A DNA stretch of 64,000 nucleotides. Origin: an uncultured archaeon. Its GTDB lineage: Archaea > Thermoplasmatota > Penumbrarchaeia > JASLWR01. The stretch spans positions 32,001-96,000 of the forward strand of contig CAYFHS010000012.1 in assembly GCA_964342815.1 (NCBI GenBank), read 5' to 3'. The notes beneath the pieces are model-generated. The model was not told the DNA's origin and made no database searches. It saw only the letters and a list, made by a program, of their open reading frames with translations. A program made the translations under genes and the position numbers. Below are positions 37,236 to 47,300 of this stretch, one piece after another; within the stretch, counting starts at the first letter, position 1, and each line of letters starts with the position of its first letter.

Positions 37236-40200
37236 ATGAATGCCGAGCCGAATATTATTTATAAAAGGGCCTTTACAGCCATCGTATCCGTCGTTCTGCT
37301 GACAAGCGCTTTACTGAGCTTGCTTCCATTGGCAGGATCATCACCCGATAGAGAAAGCAGATCGGTACTGGAAATAGTTATCAGCGAGGTCGCGCCTCAC
37401 GGTGGCGGTTTTCAGGGTGAGGACTGGCTCGAACTTCTTGTGGTCTCGGGCAGCGGGGACATCTCGGATTACGTGGTGACGAGTTTCGACAGCCAGGATG
37501 ATGACGAGAGCTTCGCGAATTCCACAGTTACGGTGAATGAGGGCGAACGCCTCTTGGTACATTACAACGGTAGCTTAGCGGACGAAACGGATATAACGGG
37601 AGACACTAACGGGAACGGATACATCGATCTGTACATTGCTTCGTCCGAGCTCTCACGTACTCATGAACAGGCCGCTCTCTATACAGCTTCAGATTATTCC
37701 GTTATGGTGGACGCCGTATGCTGGAGCAAAGGGGATATCACCGCAAGCGAGGCGGCAGATGCCCAGAACCTTGTTGACCTGGGAATGTGGCCCTCGAACT
37801 CTGCATCAGACATGGTTTACTCGGGTGACATAGACAAAGGGATAAGCATAGCAAGAAAGGAGGGGAGGAATGACACCGACAAGCAAAGTGATTGGTACGT
37901 GGAACCGAAAAGTTCTCCAGGGGCCGAAAACAAATTTTTTAACTTTACTGGAGAGGTGCTAATAACCGGGGTATACCTTTCCGGATCCCCCAAGGCACTT
38001 ACAATAAAGGTGATCACCGGAGGTGGTGATGTTTCCTGCCTGTCCGTATCCGATCTCGATCGTGCCCCAATCTTTCTCGCCACCGAACCGGTCAGTCTCA
38101 CTCAAGGTGATGAGCTTATATTATATTTCGGAACGGGAACGAATGAAACAGACTCCATAGGGGATATAAATCAGAACAATCTTTGGGAACTGTTTATCGA
38201 TCCAAAGATTTCTCCCACAGGTACCACGGATGCAGTTGCACTCTTCAACGGACTGGACGTAATGGACGCTGTTGCATGGTGTACCGATGGAAAGCTCAGT
38301 TCAGGTGAAATATCCGACCTGGAGTTCCTAATTTCCCAAAACGCATGGGACGGAAATACCAGTGAACACTGTGTGAATATCTCCTTGATGGGCTCACGAA
38401 ATGAGCTTGTTCGATCAGAACTAAACGACACGAATACCAGTGCCGACTGGACCATCAGCGGTGAGATAAACAAAGAGATCGATCTCAAGAAATTCGACCT
38501 TGAGACCTTCCGGAACGTGGATTCTGTTACATGTGGTGTTTCCCCCGATTCGAGCTTTTGGTTATTGGCCGGGTTAATTGAGAATGCAACGGAAAGTATC
38601 CATATCGAGGTTTACCAGTTCGATAATTTTAAAATCGCTGAGAAAGTATTTGCCGCTCAAGAAAGGGGCGTTGAGGTGAAGGTATTGCTGGAGGGAGCGC
38701 CGGTTGCCGGTATACCTGACATGGAAAAATATGTTATGAAAGTAATAACTGATAAGGGAGGGGAGGTCCGTTATATAATCACGGATTCGGATGCTGGTAT
38801 AAAGGAGAGGTACACAAACGTTCACTCTAAATTCATGGTTGTTGATGGGGAGAAATCTTTCATTACTTCCGAGAATTTCAGGGATGACGCTATTCCCTAC
38901 TACGGTACCAAGGGAAACAGAGGATGGTCGGTTCTCATCGAATCGGTTGAGGTTGCGGAATACTTTGAAGGGGTTTTCTCATATGATTTCACACCCAGCA
39001 GCCCAGATACCTTTCCATTTACCGAGAACGATCCTGTTTACGGGGGTCCCCCGGATGGCTTCAACCCGTCATCCAGCCCAAAAAGCGGAAAACACGAAAA
39101 GGTTTTCCACGAACAAAAATTCACGGGTAATATCTATGTAACTCCTATCCTGTGCCCGGACCATACCGGTGATTTGAAGGCCATTTTACCACTTATTGAA
39201 AGCGCAAAAGATTATATCTGGGTAGAGCAACACAGCGTGGGAGTGATATGGGACGACAGTAATAATAAAATTGATAATCAATATTTGGATGCACTTCACC
39301 AGGCGGCAAGGCGGGGCGTGGAGGTGAGGGTTATCCTCGATTCCAAGTTTGAGTTCGATAATAAACATGAGGAGATCGTCAATAATTTAAATGAGCTTGC
39401 CAAGACAGAAAGACTAAACATGGTAGCAAAGTTATCCTCCAATAAACGAATCGAAGTGGAAAAGGTTCATAATAAAGGAATCATAGTGGACGGTATGAAA
39501 GTACTGGTATCGTCTATCAACTGGGCCACCAATTCCATCTATAACAACCGCGAGGCCGGGGTCATTATAGAGAACGAAGAGGTTGCCGATTATTATTCAA
39601 AGGCATTCCTTCTGGATTGGGGTGAGAACAATACAGGGGTCATAGAGGGAATCGTCACGAACCCGGATGGCAACTATATCTCAGGGGCCGATGTGAAGAT
39701 TGAAGGCACGGGCTTCAATACGATAACAGAATCGGATGGTAGTTTCATCATAACCGGCGTTCCGGTGGGAACCTATATTTTGAAGGTCACTGCCGTGGGA
39801 TTCGAAGAGCATTCCCAGGGTGTCACGGTGGAATTATGGGTGCCAGCCAATGTCACATGCATCATAGGTTCCTGGGGAGCTATTGAGGGAATTGTAAAAG
39901 ATATCAATGGAAACCCAATGAAAGGAGCGAAGGTGATAATCGACGATACCGATATAGTCGTTTACACAGACGATAAAGGCCGTTATCTTATAGAGAAAGC
40001 CCCGGTTGGCAGTTATTATCTGAACATAACAATGAAAAAATACCGGAATCTTCTCACCCAGGTTGAAGTGGAGATGGGTAAGATTTATCAGGCAGAGTCG
40101 ACCATTACTAAGGAAAGCTCAACCGGGACCGATGGAGAAGATTCCAATAAACCACCCCTTTATCTTCTGGTAATTCTAGGAGTTATCCTTGTGCTGGTAT

Positions 40201-40322
40201 TGGTTATTTTTTCAGCGATTGTACTAAACGCAAAAAAAGTAAGCAAATTGGAAAAGGGAAAGAAAGTAACCCGCATCAGCGGAGATCAGCATCCCTTTGA
40301 CGATAAGATCGAAAAGGAATAA
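37236..40322 (+). CDS. Membrane-anchored PLD-superfamily enzyme: two lamin-tail-like domains, two HKD motifs, carboxypeptidase-regulatory-like repeats and a TM helix
   Basis: Signal peptide; IVISEV...DWLEL; HSKFMVVD and HNKGIIVD; SSINWATNSIYNNREAG; two IEGIV....G....GA.V.I repeats; C-terminal TM helix. Confidence 0.88.
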   Translation: MNAEPNIIYKRAFTAIVSVVLLTSALLSLLPLAGSSPDRESRSVLEIVISEVAPHGGGFQGEDWLELLVVSGSGDISDYVVTSFDSQDDDESFANSTVTVNEGERLLVHYNGSLADETDITGDTNGNGYIDLYIASSELSRTHEQAALYTASDYSVMVDAVCWSKGDITASEAADAQNLVDLGMWPSNSASDMVYSGDIDKGISIARKEGRNDTDKQSDWYVEPKSSPGAENKFFNFTGEVLITGVYLSGSPKALTIKVITGGGDVSCLSVSDLDRAPIFLATEPVSLTQGDELILYFGTGTNETDSIGDINQNNLWELFIDPKISPTGTTDAVALFNGLDVMDAVAWCTDGKLSSGEISDLEFLISQNAWDGNTSEHCVNISLMGSRNELVRSELNDTNTSADWTISGEINKEIDLKKFDLETFRNVDSVTCGVSPDSSFWLLAGLIENATESIHIEVYQFDNFKIAEKVFAAQERGVEVKVLLEGAPVAGIPDMEKYVMKVITDKGGEVRYIITDSDAGIKERYTNVHSKFMVVDGEKSFITSENFRDDAIPYYGTKGNRGWSVLIESVEVAEYFEGVFSYDFTPSSPDTFPFTENDPVYGGPPDGFNPSSSPKSGKHEKVFHEQKFTGNIYVTPILCPDHTGDLKAILPLIESAKDYIWVEQHSVGVIWDDSNNKIDNQYLDALHQAARRGVEVRVILDSKFEFDNKHEEIVNNLNELAKTERLNMVAKLSSNKRIEVEKVHNKGIIVDGMKVLVSSINWATNSIYNNREAGVIIENEEVADYYSKAFLLDWGENNTGVIEGIVTNPDGNYISGADVKIEGTGFNTITESDGSFIITGVPVGTYILKVTAVGFEEHSQGVTVELWVPANVTCIIGSWGAIEGIVKDINGNPMKGAKVIIDDTDIVVYTDDKGRYLIEKAPVGSYYLNITMKKYRNLLTQVEVEMGKIYQAESTITKESSTGTDGEDSNKPPLYLLVILGVILVLVLVIFSAIVLNAKKVSKLEKGKKVTRISGDQHPFDDKIEKE

Positions 40323-40438
40323 TGATAAGGTAAAAATTAAATTTCACCACTGGATATTTATGATAACAAGAACAATGATAAAATATTAATCGTAAGAAAT
40401 CCCTTTGCCTAATATTAGATCGTTCCGCGGGTGTAAAA

Positions 40439-41638
40439 ATGAGCTTGAAAATTATCCATTCTCCAAAGCCGATACTATTCGCAATTATTGCAGTAATAAT
40501 CATTTTCCTACCAATTTTTTCTGTTACACAACCAGCAAGATCACAAGCCGTGGCCACCGGGACCGCGCTGCGGGAAGTTAACCTGAGGATGAATGCAAAC
40601 GGACTTACGCCCATCACTCCTCCGGAAGACGAGACGACAAGAAAAAGATCGACGCCAAGTGGACTAATGCCTTTCCCGGTCCCTGGAATATCTCTTATAA
40701 ACCCGAATTTTCAGAAAGTGGGAACGTGGGAGCTGGATAATATCGCGGATGTTATTTCTATTCAGCAGCCGGTGAAATTCATAATATGGTTGTCCACATC
40801 CAGTGCCACAAGCGGGGATATAAAGTTCACCCTGAAATACGGTACTGTAGTTGTGGCCGGACCAACCGTGCTCGATGCCAACAATATCGATACCTCAGCA
40901 AAGCGGTACGAGGTTTCCTCACATGCGAACCTCACCACCACGGATAGCGGAAAACCGTTGGGATTAGAGATTGAGTCCAAAATAAACGGGGACGGGGTTA
41001 TGATCCATTATGGAGGTTATCAAGAGGATTCGGGGGTTAGTTTCATGAGCGATGCGGTGAAATTCAAGTATTTGCATGCAGGACCGAAGGAATTTTGTGT
41101 GGAATTCAGCGATGCTTTTCGGGCTCCCGTAAACGACATCTACCCCATAATCTTCGTAGATGATATGGCTGTGTATGACGAGGATGGAAACGTTCTCGAG
41201 CGGACAATATCAGAGAACGGTAACAATTTATTCAAATGGAAATTGAAGCTCCTTCCGGGAGTACATACCTTTCTCGTGGGGATCGCTTATGCTAAAAACA
41301 GGGACATCAACCTTACCTGGAACACACAGGTGAGTCTCAAGGTCGTATTAGAAGATAATGACCGAAGTTGGTTACAAGGTATGGGTACTGGAGATATTAT
41401 CGTCATGTTCTTGTTGATGATAGGAGTGCTGGTATTTTTCATATCCATTTTCGCGGTTCTATCGTCCCGAAGTTCCGCAAAAAATGTATACGTGCGCAGA
41501 TCACCAATACCAGATCGGTATCGGTTGATCGTAAAAAAGAAGATGGACCGCTTCCATATGAAGCCAAGACCCGCTGTAAGGTCCGCAAGGCAAACCGGGG
41601 GAAAGAGGGCTTTTCATAAAGCGAAAAAAAAGAAGTAA
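40439..41638 (+). CDS. Hypothetical secreted, membrane-anchored protein with a basic tail
   Basis: Signal peptide, beta-rich body, TM IIVMFLLMIGVLVFFISIFAVL, K/R-rich C-terminus. Confidence 0.75.
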   Translation: MSLKIIHSPKPILFAIIAVIIIFLPIFSVTQPARSQAVATGTALREVNLRMNANGLTPITPPEDETTRKRSTPSGLMPFPVPGISLINPNFQKVGTWELDNIADVISIQQPVKFIIWLSTSSATSGDIKFTLKYGTVVVAGPTVLDANNIDTSAKRYEVSSHANLTTTDSGKPLGLEIESKINGDGVMIHYGGYQEDSGVSFMSDAVKFKYLHAGPKEFCVEFSDAFRAPVNDIYPIIFVDDMAVYDEDGNVLERTISENGNNLFKWKLKLLPGVHTFLVGIAYAKNRDINLTWNTQVSLKVVLEDNDRSWLQGMGTGDIIVMFLLMIGVLVFFISIFAVLSSRSSAKNVYVRRSPIPDRYRLIVKKKMDRFHMKPRPAVRSARQTGGKRAFHKAKKKK

Positions 41639-41651
41639 ATTTTCCTTTTTT

Positions 41652-42431
41652 TTATTTATCCTGGGATTCATTTCCCGTCTTTTTCTGAATAGCTATCGCC
41701 TCAAGAAGATCAAGTTCACCTATGGCCACCCGGGCTGCCAGCGTACGTGATATCGTCACAAATGAGCCGCTTCTTATCCGGCTGATCCTCTGAATATCTT
41801 TTAATTCACCCGGGGTGGGATTGATATTCATATAACTCTCCACGGGGGAGCCGGGCATAGAAGATATTTCGATAGCAGCATTGATATGAGGATCGTGCTT
41901 CAAGCGTGTCGTGCTGGTCTCATCTGCGATCTCAAGGATAAACTCATTTTTTTTCCTCAGCTCCAAAAGGTCGTTTATGATACGATTCCGGATAGTTACA
42001 GCCTGGTGACCCACCTTGACCTTTCTATTTTCCGCATCATATGTGTAAAAGACCTTCTCGACGATAACAGAAACCTCTTGGGGTGAATAACATTTGTACT
42101 GGTTAATCAACTCACCGTCCCCAATTACCGCCACACCGGGAGACTTGCCCGGATCCACTCCTATCACCAAATACTTGATCCTAACGCGACCGCGGAGTAT
42201 CTCAAGGGCCCGATCAACCATTCGAGGGATATCACCCTCTGTTTCCACTATGATCTTTCGTGGAAAATCGATCTCTTCCATGCAGGACCGGGTTGTGATA
42301 ACCACACCAACATTGTAGGGGATCGGCTCGCCCCCCGCAAGGGATATAAAACTGATATTTTTCCTCTTCAATTCCCTTATCAATCCGTAATACAGTCGAA
42401 ATTCATCTGTAATAAGGGCCATTATCTTCAT
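41652..42431 (-). CDS. Hypothetical protein with a YqgF/RNase H-like core
   Basis: VIGVDPGKSPGVAV, KVGHQ, IADETSTT and NAAIEI follow the order of the YqgF motifs. Confidence 0.6.
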   Translation of the reverse strand: MKIMALITDEFRLYYGLIRELKRKNISFISLAGGEPIPYNVGVVITTRSCMEEIDFPRKIIVETEGDIPRMVDRALEILRGRVRIKYLVIGVDPGKSPGVAVIGDGELINQYKCYSPQEVSVIVEKVFYTYDAENRKVKVGHQAVTIRNRIINDLLELRKKNEFILEIADETSTTRLKHDPHINAAIEISSMPGSPVESYMNINPTPGELKDIQRISRIRSGSFVTISRTLAARVAIGELDLLEAIAIQKKTGNESQDK

Positions 42432-42473
42432 GGTGCATCCCGGCGGTCAATGGAATCAACTCAAACTTTTACA

Positions 42474-44336
42474 TCACTCACCCCAGTCAACCGCGCCTTC
42501 CACGATATAATCCTCGTCAAAGAACTCCTCCTGGGAACCTACGAAAACGTTGGTCTTTTCCTTTAGCTGAAACGCCCTTCCATCCATGGCCCGCATTCCC
42601 CTGGTGGCAAAGGTAAGTCGGTTCTGCCCGAGGTTCTGGAATCTAAGTTTCATTCTCTCGCTGTGGGAAGCCTGACCCTTTATTTCCGCTATCTTCCTGA
42701 AACCTTTCTGGTCCACCACTCCGGAGACCTTTAACATGATCTCTTTTATATGGGTATTCGAATTGTTCTTAATAGTTATCTCCGCAGGTACCCAATCCTC
42801 AACCCTTGAGGCCTCCTCCAGTAGATTAATATTAACGTCGATATCTATCTCCTTCATCTCCATTTCCCTGAAGAATTGTTCGATCTGACCAACTTCCCTT
42901 TTGACATCCATTGCTTTCCCTTTCTTGTAGGCATTCATAGCCTTCTCCAAATGGTCTGTAATATCCTTTGGAACCATGCAAACCTTTTCGAAGCTCTTCA
43001 ACTTTTCCTTGAGAGCCTTGAGTTCGATGCCCCCTTCCCGCTTCTCCTGTTCCTTCCGAGAATGTCTCGCTCGGGCTCTGGATAATGCGGAATATGTGGC
43101 CGTGATGTATTCCTGTATCTTTTTGTAATCTTCCGCGGTCTTTGCTTGTTCCATCTTCTCGATGATCTTCTCCACCAGGTTCTCAGCATCCTCGATATCC
43201 ACGCCCTTTGAGCGGTCCTGCTGAAGCTCGCCGTTTAGAGCCATGAGGGCATTTCTAACGTTGGCGTACATATTCTCCATATTGGAGCGCTGCCTCCAAT
43301 CGATCTCGTCCTTTACAATATCCAACTCGACACTGGACTGCCGGGCATATTCCTCGGCCATCTTGAAATCCGATGCCAAGAGCATGCGGTTGGCTTCCCC
43401 CAGTATCGATTCAGCTTGGTAAACGTTCACTCCCAGGTTCTTGGCGAGGTATAACCGGGAAGAAACTCCCTCAACCTTATTCAATGTCTTCTGGTAAGTC
43501 TTGACGTGGGATTCGATCAAGGGTCCAGCTTTTTGTGCGAGATCTATGGCTGTGAAGAAATCTGCATTGTAAACCGCATATTCCGCCTGAGATAGGGTTT
43601 CCTGGACGTTGGAAAAGATAATATCCGGTTGGAGCGATATCTCGTAATAGGAATCCTGAATCAATTTATTGACGTATTCGGTCTGGGCTACATCTAGTAG
43701 TTTCGTAAAATTCTCCATTTCCTTGTAAGCGTTATTCAGGTCATTTGCCTTGATATGGACGTTTATAATTTCCAGTTTATCAGGCATTTCCGGATTTTCT
43801 ATCTCAAGTTTTTTGCACTGCTCATACCTGCGTATCAATTCATCTAGATAGGTCGATATCTGAGAATATCTCTGATATATATCCTCAGTCAGAGTCCATG
43901 CCTGACTTGCGTATAACATAGCTGCCTCATGGTCGTGCAGTTTCATCTTGCTACGCAGTGCTGCCAGCAGCCTCAGGGGTTTTTTCATATCCATACCCAG
44001 CTCCGTATATTTCTTGATATTAGCGAGGCTCTGTTCAACCGTTGCGATTATTTCCTGGACTTTCAGATCGATATTATGAGCAGTATTCTTTGCCTTATTC
44101 AGACGATTTCCCACCGCAATGTAGTCCTTCATACCCCTGCAACGCGTGAACTGGCTCTTGGCGGACAACAATTCCTGTTTCGAAGCACTGACGTCCACAC
44201 CGTCTGCGGCCAAAGACAAGAGATATGCATCCATCTCGACAAATTCGTTCTCCAGGTACTCCTTGAACTTTTTTGTCTTTGCAAGTATCTCCATAGTTTT
44301 CGTAACCTTTGCACGAAATTCATCGCTCTCATCCAT
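42474..44336 (-). CDS. Helical-repeat protein with a C-terminal Ig/CARDB-like domain (620 aa)
   Basis: Turn motifs DGVDVS, LGMDMK, LGVNVY and KGVDIE separate helical segments. C-terminal beta-rich region EITIKNNSNTHIKEI. Confidence 0.75.
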   Translation of the reverse strand: MDESDEFRAKVTKTMEILAKTKKFKEYLENEFVEMDAYLLSLAADGVDVSASKQELLSAKSQFTRCRGMKDYIAVGNRLNKAKNTAHNIDLKVQEIIATVEQSLANIKKYTELGMDMKKPLRLLAALRSKMKLHDHEAAMLYASQAWTLTEDIYQRYSQISTYLDELIRRYEQCKKLEIENPEMPDKLEIINVHIKANDLNNAYKEMENFTKLLDVAQTEYVNKLIQDSYYEISLQPDIIFSNVQETLSQAEYAVYNADFFTAIDLAQKAGPLIESHVKTYQKTLNKVEGVSSRLYLAKNLGVNVYQAESILGEANRMLLASDFKMAEEYARQSSVELDIVKDEIDWRQRSNMENMYANVRNALMALNGELQQDRSKGVDIEDAENLVEKIIEKMEQAKTAEDYKKIQEYITATYSALSRARARHSRKEQEKREGGIELKALKEKLKSFEKVCMVPKDITDHLEKAMNAYKKGKAMDVKREVGQIEQFFREMEMKEIDIDVNINLLEEASRVEDWVPAEITIKNNSNTHIKEIMLKVSGVVDQKGFRKIAEIKGQASHSERMKLRFQNLGQNRLTFATRGMRAMDGRAFQLKEKTNVFVGSQEEFFDEDYIVEGAVDWGE

Positions 44337-44349
44337 AAAAAAGCTCCCT

Positions 44350-47300
44350 CTACTTCAGCTTGATCCTAAACTCGTTTTCGATATCTTCCAGCATGTTCTC
44401 CGCCTCCTGCACACCAACACCCTTGCCGGTAGCCTCCTTAATGGTCTTTTTAACCTCTTGGAGGACCTTTTTCCTTCTTCTTTTCCTTAAAAATACAGAG
44501 ATTACAAAGAAAGCGATAATAATTATGAAAGCAAAGGCAATGGAGAGCAAAAACACCCAGGAGCTGGCATCCTGTTTCACTTCAAGGTCCATATTCAGTT
44601 TCCCGCCGTCCAGGATCGTAACGGTGGAGTATTTTGAATCCTTCACAATAATCGAGATATTATGTTTTCCTGACTGGGCTTCCCATATTGCAGTTGCAGT
44701 CCTCGTTTCCCCGGGGAATATATGTGGGAACCAGATAACCCGAATCCTGGTTCCGTCCACCATGAAAGTAACGTTCACGTTCCTCGCTGCAGCGGTACCA
44801 TTGTTCTTGATATGAACATTCAAGTGGACATCATCCCCTTCCATATACTCCCCTTGGTCCACGGGGACGAAGATGAGCTCCAACAGCGGGGCAGTGATGA
44901 AAATCTCGATATTTCTTATCTCTGACCAGGCACCGTCATCGTCCTCGACGCTGAATGTAATAATATGAAGACCCAGTGAGATATTGTGCCTGGAACGCAG
45001 ATCCAGGTTCGAAAAATTTCCCAATTTACCGTCGACGCTCGAAACCCACAAATAGTCTCGGATATAACCTTTTTCGTACACCGCCTCATCAACTCCCCAC
45101 CCTGATATCTTCATATTGCTTCCTCCCTTTTCCATTTCCCTCGATCGGGATTGGATAAAAGCAACTGGAATGTCATTGACCTCAAGGACCTTCAACGTGA
45201 ACGTAAAGCTGCTCATCTCACCAGATGGGTCAACCGCGGATACGGTTATCTCTATTTCCCCGAACCAGTTGAGGGTGGGTTCCAACCTCAGCGAGTTGTT
45301 CTCCATTATTGAAAGGTTGATCTCTGCAAATCCTGATTGGGCAACATACAACAGTTCCAGGTCATCGGGATCGGAAAAACAATCACCAACATCCAAATAA
45401 CCCGTAGTATCCTCTTTTATGGTTACGATTTTCTCAAAACCGATGATGTCCGGTTTATCATTTACAAGGCTTACCATGAAAGAGATTGTATGATGAGCTT
45501 CGTCCTGTCCGTCGCTGGCTGTAAAAGTAATATTCTCCTTACCGTACCAGTTGTGAGCGGTTGTAATATTCACGATTCCAGACGAAATGATATTAATGAT
45601 AATATTGGATGAATTGGTAAAGTTAACAGCAAGAATATCCTCGTCTATATCATAGAATATATCCGTCATATCGATTTGGTATATGGTATCATTATCCTCC
45701 TCGAGTTGAATTTCTTTTGGAGCTCCGTCGAATACCATGGGTGGATCATTCACATTCTCCCAGCTGAAGTTGAAAAATTCCTCCACGTAATCTCCGTCCT
45801 TGTCCGTGAACTTCATTAGAACGCTTGAGTTTCCGTGAAAATTATTAATAGGATTGAAAACGAATTTGTTCGGCCCATCACCTGGCGTTACCGAGCCTAT
45901 CTTGAATTTATTGAAGGTCTCAAGAGTCCAAGTTGTTTGAAGTGGATCTCTCCCGTCCTCCACGTCCCACCCGTATACGTTGAAATCCACGTTGATGGCG
46001 TGGTCTTCGAGAGAAGTAAAGGTCGGCGTAGAATTGATCATGGGAAAATTATTCACTGCCTTGAATGCTCTCAATTTCCAATCCGAGATGAAACCACTAG
46101 GATTGGTATATCTAAGCCGGAGGTCCAGTATGGTATTTATGGGTATATCCAGCGGTGGGGTGTAGCTAGAGTAGAAGTAAACCAATTCTCCATCGTCATA
46201 GAGTTCAACGGGCAATTCATTCCAACCGCCCTCGGTATCGCCAAGCCAGATCTGGAGAGTGAGGTTCAGACCGCTTTCCCCGAATACGACATCGGTAAGA
46301 TTCATTGTAATGGGAATGGCTTTTCCACGGTAGGCTATGGGTTCATGGCTGATGTCCAGCACTTTTGGATATATTACTTCGATGGTATCATTGATCGTAG
46401 TTCCTCTGTTACCCGCAACGTCTTCTGCCCATACGTAAATGTGATGTTTCCCTTCAGGGGCATCTAAAATATAATTCGTTTTATTGGTCCAGATGCCGTT
46501 ATCGGTTCCACTACCATCGAAAAAGGAGATGTAATATCCCTTTATCTGTGAAGATGGAGCCGCATCGGAAAATCCGCTCCAGTTGAGGTAGATTGTCTTG
46601 TCCGAGCAATACTCGGATTTGTTCTCTATCTCAAGGGAAGCAGACGTTGACGAGGGTGCAATGGTATCAATGAAAATATCGTCCGATACGGCATCACCAA
46701 TATTGAAAGAATAATCCTGTGCCCAGGCGTAAACCGTTGTGGGACCCTGATTAGGGAGTGAAATGTAATCGGTAGGCTGCCCGCCCCACAACCTGCTTGC
46801 GGGGATGACCGGTGGGGCCCCTGCGGTCCCCCATTTTTCCCATTTTGCTGCAACAGCGGCTCCACCATTGTGTTCGTAATAGTGCATTTCGAATCTATGG
46901 AAACCGCGTTCTAGATAGACGCTGACGGTGTTTTCCGTATAGGCCCTGCTGTACCAATGGCTCAGTAACCTGACGTCATCGATATAAAGGCGTGCACCGT
47001 CGTCAGATCCTATGGTGAAATTGTATGTAGTGGATTCATCCGCGAAAATGGAGCCGTTCCAGATTATCGAATATTGGTTGTTGCCGCAGCCGCCTCCGGG
47101 CCCGCCGTTGCCGAAATTCCGATTTATTGTGCCATCATACCTGCTGAACTTGTACTCGTTGAAGTTCATTCCATTAAAATAATGGCCCCTTATGCCGCCA
47201 TTGGATATCTGACCGCTCATTGTACCTTCATTATTTGTCGTCCCGAAATAATATCCTGCCAAACCCCTGGTGGCATCGTTATTGTCTGAAAAACCTGACC

